In this document: positions 57,246 to 64,000 of the stretch, piece after piece
Layout: each line of letters opens with the position of its first letter
How positions within the stretch are numbered: position 1 is the stretch's first letter
Assembly: GCF_035084215.1 (NCBI RefSeq)
Contig: NC_090355.1
Coordinates: 27,528,001-27,592,000 of the forward strand
Origin: Heptranchias perlo
Lineage: Eukaryota
Reading direction: 5' to 3'
DNA: 64,000 nucleotides
Position numbers and translations under genes: made by a program
The notes under the pieces: model-generated
Told to the model about the DNA's origin: nothing
Databases searched by the model: none
Seen by the model: only the letters and a program-made list of their open reading frames with translations

Positions 57246-60200
57246 GACAGAAATCAATTTGAACGAACAGTGTGCACTTAAAAACAATTTACTTTTAAAT
57301 GCTTTAAACAAAATAATAGGAAAGATGTTTTCTTTTCAGTCTGGCAAATTGCTCTGACATTTCAGTATCTATTTAGTGGGCTCCAAGTACGTTCAAAACA
57401 CACCCATTCTCCTGAGAGAAACAAGGAATAAATCACACAGCTGGCGAGAATGATAACAAAAGTCTCCTCTCTCTCACACGGCACTGATCTCCTGGAGTCT
57501 GGAATAAGTTCAAACGCGAGCTGTTTGAAACAATGGATTTCTGTAAATGCATTCAGTTCAATTTACCAGAAGGTTTTATGAGAGCAACTGAAAAGACCGT
57601 CAGATTCTTTTTTCAAAGTGAAAGACAATCCTAAGATCAACATTTTCCCATGATTGAGGTACAGCATGGCCTCATTTACAATACTGTACACTTGTATTTG
57701 TAGCTGGTTTGAGAAAAAAAACAGTCCCAATGTCGATGGTGCTGAGATTTTATTCTAACAATAAATGGAAGAAAAACAAACACCATCTCTTTGCATATTT
57801 GTACCCATGAAGCTAGATTAGTATAAATATCTGATAGACACCTCGTGCCTATTTTTTGTACTGTGAAGACAAACTGCACATGAAATTATCACCCTGCCGT
57901 AGAATCCAGCACACAAAGAGTTCGGGGGCGCCAATAGAAATGCAATACCAGATTTTACAAGTGCCTCCCATACACTCGTGTATGTGGATCTGGAGATTGT
58001 TCTCAGGCAATATACACAGTAAAGCAATCCTAACAATATAATAAATTAAGATATATAAATATGTTCACAATGTTAAAAAGTTCGAGAAATTGCACTCTAC
58101 CAACTTATTTCTTCTCTACACAGCACCTTCCTATTATCAACATCCAGCGCTCTATAACAGACCTGCCCAATAAACAATTGCACACCAAATAAAACCTGAA
58201 GTGGTTGAAAAAAAAACTTGTATTTTTAAAAGATTCTTCAACAATCTCCAATTTACATTTGAAAGCCACAAAGTTTATCATGAAATTCTAAGATTACACA
58301 GCAACATTCAAAGACAAAAAGACAGAAATAAGCCTTGCTGTGCAAGTTTACCCAAAATAGACACTAAAAGTCAAAACCAAACTAATGGCTAAAGGTACGA
58401 CTGAGTAGTCCCTTCAGGAGACTTCAACATGAATTACACTATTATATAATGCACCTTTAAATTTGGCCACACAAAGCCACGATAACAGTTGCTGAGATGG
58501 ATAAGCTTGTTTATTTGTGAGGTTCGAAGCTCTTACAACAATTCTTCTGCTAATTCAATCTTGCTTCAGCTGCCAAGATTTCACTTCAATAAACTGAGCC
58601 AGATTTTCCCACACAGAACATTCAACGTGACCAGTAAAGGCTCAGTGTCCAACCAACAACATGTTATTGTGTACTGTTACACAGCCCTTGACTCACCGCA
58701 TGGAAATAGATACACTAACCCCCGCCCCCCCCCCACCCCCACCCCCACCCCAGTCCACCACTATTATGGTACCCATCATACTCAGTTGCAGCTGAAGAAG
58801 AGGTGCATATTGTAATTTCAAGGCTTGCAACACAGCTGGGGAGATGCAATAATGTTTAGAAATACCTACCACCTGCATATCAATACTGTACAAATGACTA
58901 AATTACATAACCATAAAAAGAATTTCAGGAAGAAAATACTTTGTCATAACCTTTTGAAAATATTTAATATTCCATCTGAAACTCGATCATATTCAAGGTT
59001 TAAAAAAAATAGAAGCTTTTATTATAGAACTAACCCTCCTTACTCAAAAATAACTGAGAAAAATACTGTGGGAACATGATAGAGAAAAAAACAGACTGTG
59101 TTAGCGCCTCAACAGCAGCTAGTATTGATGCAGGCGCTTTATTCTTAACCACTTCTCTATTCCTACAGATGTCGCAGACTTTCACACAACTCAAGAACAT
59201 TTTTGGAGCTGATCTCTTTCTGCTTACCACAGCTCATCTTTTAGAAACTGTGACGCAAATGTAAGTTTAAATATGATTTTTTTTAAAGGCAATGGTTATT
59301 TTTAGAAACAAAAAATTGTGCGAATGCAGCTGTCAGACATTTTATATCAACAATAGCGTATGGCCCCAAAACCTGGAGTGCTGCACTCAGCTACAGTAAC
59401 AGGTTAAACATTAAGTGCAGTTCACAGTCCAGCTCCAATCTGTGAGCCTAGATCAAATGTCCCTGTCCCAGCGTACTGCATGTATATATTAAAATTGCTG
59501 AGCAGACACAAACAGTCCCTCATTAAACTTAAGGAATGTGGTCCTCTCCTGAAGAATGCAATAGTTCACATTTCAATTGGCTAGTTAAACATTTAAAAAA
59601 AATATTTTAGGGTTATTCATTAATCTTCCTCTCCCCTCCCTGACAAGCATTTTCTCTACTTCTGGTCTCTCTGAACCATGCATTTCCTGCAGCTGGCATC
59701 TAACTGGCTCCCACATCTTTGTAACCCCACAGCTGTCAGAGAACATGACAGTGATCCATGATTGACTCTCTACAATTTTCACTTCCTCTCTTTAGCCACA
59801 TGGCCTCCACTCAATGCCTCCCACACCAGAGCTACTGAGATTGGGAATTCAGTTTTGCATCTTACCACTCTGTGCCCTTCATCTCCCTTGACTCAAAAGG
59901 AGATGGTGTTAAAGTCATTTTAAGTTGAATATTTATAAACAGCAGACTATATAATTTGAAATATTTAAACAGATGAAACAGATTTAGATTTTTTAAAATA
60001 ATGATATGCATTTCAAAAGAACTATATTATAGCCCTTTCCTCCCACCCCCACTGAGTGCTGATTTCAGAATTGTACACAGCAAGCAACTGCAGCTCCATC
60101 AAGGAACAAAATTCAAAGCTGGCAAACCACTGCTAGAGGGAAAGCCATTCTAGGAAGAACAAGCACATTTTATTATTCAGGGAATCACTGCTATTATAGT

Positions 60201-60479
60201 TAATTGTGAAGACATAACTCAATACATATAATCAATTCTGGATTCTGCTTGCCGAGTCACCTAATAGTACATGAAACCACTGCACACAATTTCCCGATGA
60301 ATCTGGGCATCCATTTGTAAATGTTCAAGAGTATCAATATACTTTGAGATGGTGGTGGCATCCCACAGACACCCACTGCTGTAATGTTAACTCTGAGCCA
60401 TTTAGTAAATGAAAGCCTGAGCACGAACTAGCTGCATGAATAGATGTTTTCTGGGTTTGTGGGAGAGAGGGGGTTCGTA

Positions 60480-60700
60480 AATGTTTATCCAGCAAGAAGC
60501 TGAGCCACACAAAGATGGTCAGGCTAGTGAGGCAGAGACCATTGCATTCTTTATGGGAAAACTGTATAAATATTTGAAGCAGAGGAAGATACGGGGCTAT
60601 GGGGAGAGAGTGCCAGTGGGATTAGTTTTGGATTGCTCTAATAAAGAGTCGGCACAGATGTGATGGGCCTCCTCCTATGCTGTAAACTTCTAGGGTTCTA
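60480..60700 (+). mobile_element. CR1 LINE 3' end fragment
   Basis: GGGCTATGGGGAGAGAG...GATTGCTCT...AAAGAGTCGGCACAGA...GATGGGCC...CTCCTATGCTGTAA, homologous to the reverse complement of 34240-34400. Confidence 0.65.
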
Positions 60701-61279
60701 AATGAAGGATGACATCTTCAACAACGTATCAGTTAAGTTGTACTGCACTAGTGTTAGCTTAAATCATGCACTCAAGTCTTGGTATGGGGCATGAACTCCA
60801 ACTTTCTGTCCCAGAGGTGACCGGGCCATTAACCAAGTCGAAGCTTTTTAAAAAATCTTTCTGCATTCAACTTGACTGATTGCTAATGCACTATAAAGGA
60901 TAATTTAGCACACAGAACAGCCGCACACCATTACATTGAGGAACCACTTTTTTTTATGGCTAGACTATTTAACAACATAAGAAAGCATGAAATGAGAAAA
61001 CACTATTCAGCCTTTGAAAGCTATTCCCTTGGCAGACCACAACTATTTGCCCAATAAAAACTCTACACTTTACCCAATCCATGTAATCACTTGGGGGGGG
61101 GGGGGGGGGGGGGGGAAACAAACCACTGTTAAAGCCTCCACAAAAATTAAGTTGGTGACATTTCTCTCCTGGATATCAATCCAAAGACGCAACCCACATT
61201 ATTCGAATTGCGTTTCACAGATGACATAATTATAGTCCTGCGATTTATTGTTCTGCATTTTCTACAGGGCACAGAAATC

Positions 61280-62010
61280 ATCATGTTTGCAGACAATTTG
61301 ATCATCTAGTCCTATAAAGTACGTATCCTTACATAACCTTTATTTCTGTACTACTGCCCTTCAGTTTTCCCATCACAGTCTATATTTAAATAACTGGTTT
61401 GCATCTACACTATTCACACCTCGTCATCATTTTAAAGATCTGGGTCGTGTTACCTCTAACCAGCTTTTCATAAATGAAAAACAGCCTAGTCTCTTCATAA
61501 CTAGGGCTCTGATCAGAAATCATTCCCACCACTTTTCTCTGAACATTCTCCATGCATCAGTGTTCTATTAATAAAAATAGAAAACACTCCCAATGTTAGC
61601 CTGTCTTTTCTCTTTACAGACGCTGATGGGCCAGCTGTGCACTTACACCATTTTCTGTCATTGTTTCAAATTTTCAGCATGCCCAATTTTTTTTAAAATT
61701 TTTAGCATTTTTTTTTAAAGGTAAGTTACCTAACATTTCACACAATATTCTAACTGATGCCTTACCAGTAAACTACGGCAGGTCATAATAGTCTGTTAAT
61801 TAATAATGAAATGATCTTTGGATGCAGCCCAGTACTTGATTAGCCATATTTATAGCAGCTTCACACTAATCGGAGACTTTACAATGCATGGTCTGTATTA
61901 TATTTGGATCTTTTTCCACCTTTGCTAATGGACACCTATTCACTGCGTACCCAAGTTTTGTGTTCCCTGTTTCAATATACACTACCTTACATTTATCAAC
62001 ATTAAAATCT
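61280..62010 (-). mobile_element. Highly degraded CR1 fragment with a nested Penelope-derived short element (about 61570-61690)
   Basis: Remnants such as CACTACCTTACATTTATCAACATTAAA (FNVDKCKV) and the nested CTCTTTACAGACGCTGATGGGCC...CATTTTCTGT. Confidence 0.45.
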
Positions 62011-64000
62011 GGAATTCCTCAGGCTATCCATTTATTCAAATCTCCTTAGAACTAAGAACCTGTCTATGTATAGTCTACTCTTCAATTCAAAGTCACTTCA
62101 TTTGAATTATCTGTTAATTCAATTTTTTTAAGCATTAAATTCCCACTTTGCTGTGTTATTTACTTTGTTTAACTCAATATTATTGGATAGTTCATATTTG
62201 TAGTGTAAAACACAACTTTGAAGGAGTAGATTTTATTTCCTAGATTCTAACAGATTAAATAAAGACAAGCACAGAAAATAAAGTTCATCGATAAAAATTC
62301 CCATATCTTTATGGGAAAAATAAATTTGGCTAGTAATGACTGTTACCTCAAAAATGAGCATATAAATTATTTTAAGTTGTATTTTTCACTAATTTAGTAA
62401 CAGTCTGGAAATTTTTGCTGAACCTTATGGTCATTACTTAGCAGCTGAGTTTCTCTTTGCTCCTTGGACGACAATTATCAATGCACCTGAACAAAATGTG
62501 ACTAACTTTTATCCCCTGGAAGCTTCTGTGCTACAACGGTGCTAGTTCAAATATTTGGGTGCTCTATAGATATTTCCTCTTATTGCCACTCTGATTGATA
62601 TCTACGATTTTATTTTTTCCTTGCTGTCCAATTATGCTGGTTTTGAGTTCTGCAGCAGAAAACTGCTGTGTGACCATGTCTTACGCATGTCGGAGTTAAC
62701 ATGTGGTTCTCTAACTGAAATTACAGTGCTATGATTGGTTGTTGAAATGAATTTCAGCGTGGGCCAAATCACTCAGGTTCTAATGAAAATACTGGGACTG
62801 CAGTAGTCACTGAGGTGGCAAAGGTGGTCAAACTGAACTCAAGGTACAAAAGAATAGGGTGAATTTGTTCTATTGAGCAGGTACAGCGTGTTATTTTGTC
62901 AGAAAAATACTCATTAATTGGGAATGTTTAAACTTATGTAAGTTTACACTGGATAGAACAGAAGTAAGCAAATGCATTACCTAGTGTGGTACTGACCCAT
63001 ACAAAGCTGAAAGGATGCAGGCTCAGTCGAGGAATAGTGGGGACATTATGGCCAGCCTCATTACCTCTGGGCTGAGGGGAAGGGCTAAGGTCTCCTGCTC
63101 TTGATCAGTTACCCAGCACAATTTCATATGTAGATCGAATGACCAGTGTGATAAAATTAGCAATTCTTGCTGCTATTGATCTCACACCAGAAACACATAT
63201 GCACAATTTAAAACATTACATAAAGCTCATGATTGCAGTTGTGGGCAACTGGTGATATAAATGAAAAAGATATGGAAACTATCTTAGAGGGAGTGAATAT
63301 GACTACTTTTGATGATTTAGTTTTAAAGGATTATCTTCTAGAAACTATTCAAGATTATATTCTTAGTAGCAGTATTAATAATATTGCTTGATTTCTTCTT
63401 TGAAGGAAGGTAGGGGGAAGAAACATCATGGCCCTAAAGTAGGGAATCAAAGGTTGAATGGGATGGAAGTCCATACAAGGGCTCTGAAAGGAGTGGGCTT
63501 GATAGGCTGAATGTTTTTTTCTCACTATGGATTTTCTTATTGGATGACTTACGAGTATAGTAACCAGGAAACCACGACCCTAAATCAAATGGCTGAGTGA
63601 GCTGAGCATTATGCAATCTCATTAGCACCATGGATCTGGCAAGCCTACAGGAAGCCAGATGCCTCACACCAGCTGACTAGCAAGTGATTCACTAAATCAG
63701 TTGATTGGCTGACACTTAAGATTCCATAGCCCAAAAGATCACAGAAAGATGACTAAGGATATATAACATGAGATACAAAACAAGTGACTTCTGGTCCAAG
63801 AGGGAGGTCAGGTGTGCAAATGGGAAGACTGATCGCTGCTAGAAGAGCTGAACATATACGAGGTGGATCAGAGATTTGTCTTGTTTCAAATCTTGAAAGA
63901 CTGTATTTTTAATACTTCTTTATGGAAGTTTGGTAGCCTGCCAGCTTGAAGCCACTTTAATTTGTGCACCCAGACAAGCAGCTTGTCTGCGGAGTACCAA

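Noticed and set aside
49070-64000. LRRC8A promoter and non-coding exons
   Set aside because: Several donor-like sites occur (for example near 51665, 58696 and 59227) but none can be supported. No CpG island is visible, so the promoter probably lies beyond the window.

Overview
Vertebrate genomic DNA, very probably a cartilaginous fish (shark-type CR1/L2 LINEs, Deu-domain SINEs, Penelope-type palindromic elements). All genes lie on the minus strand: LRRC8A (2 coding exons, about 815 aa), then two intact, divergent single-coding-exon LRRC8 paralogues (about 836 aa and 804 aa), then PHYHD1 (9 well supported internal exons, a candidate first exon, last exon outside the window). LRRC8A next to PHYHD1 is the human 9q34 arrangement, but the two genes between them have no counterpart at that human locus. 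Their sequence motifs and exon structure are LRRC8D-like, and they carry non-canonical residues at the VRAC pore constriction (His and Asn where LRRC8A has Arg103). This tandem pair of candidate extra volume-regulated anion/osmolyte channel subunits is the main finding. Secondary findings are a candidate 6-nt microexon in PHYHD1, minimal hammerhead-ribozyme cores in Penelope-derived elements, a 49-bp inverted copy of one paralogue's poly(A)-signal region, a 39-bp minisatellite and a hAT transposase fossil. Comparisons with human proteins are from memory and by eye, and repeat boundaries are approximate.
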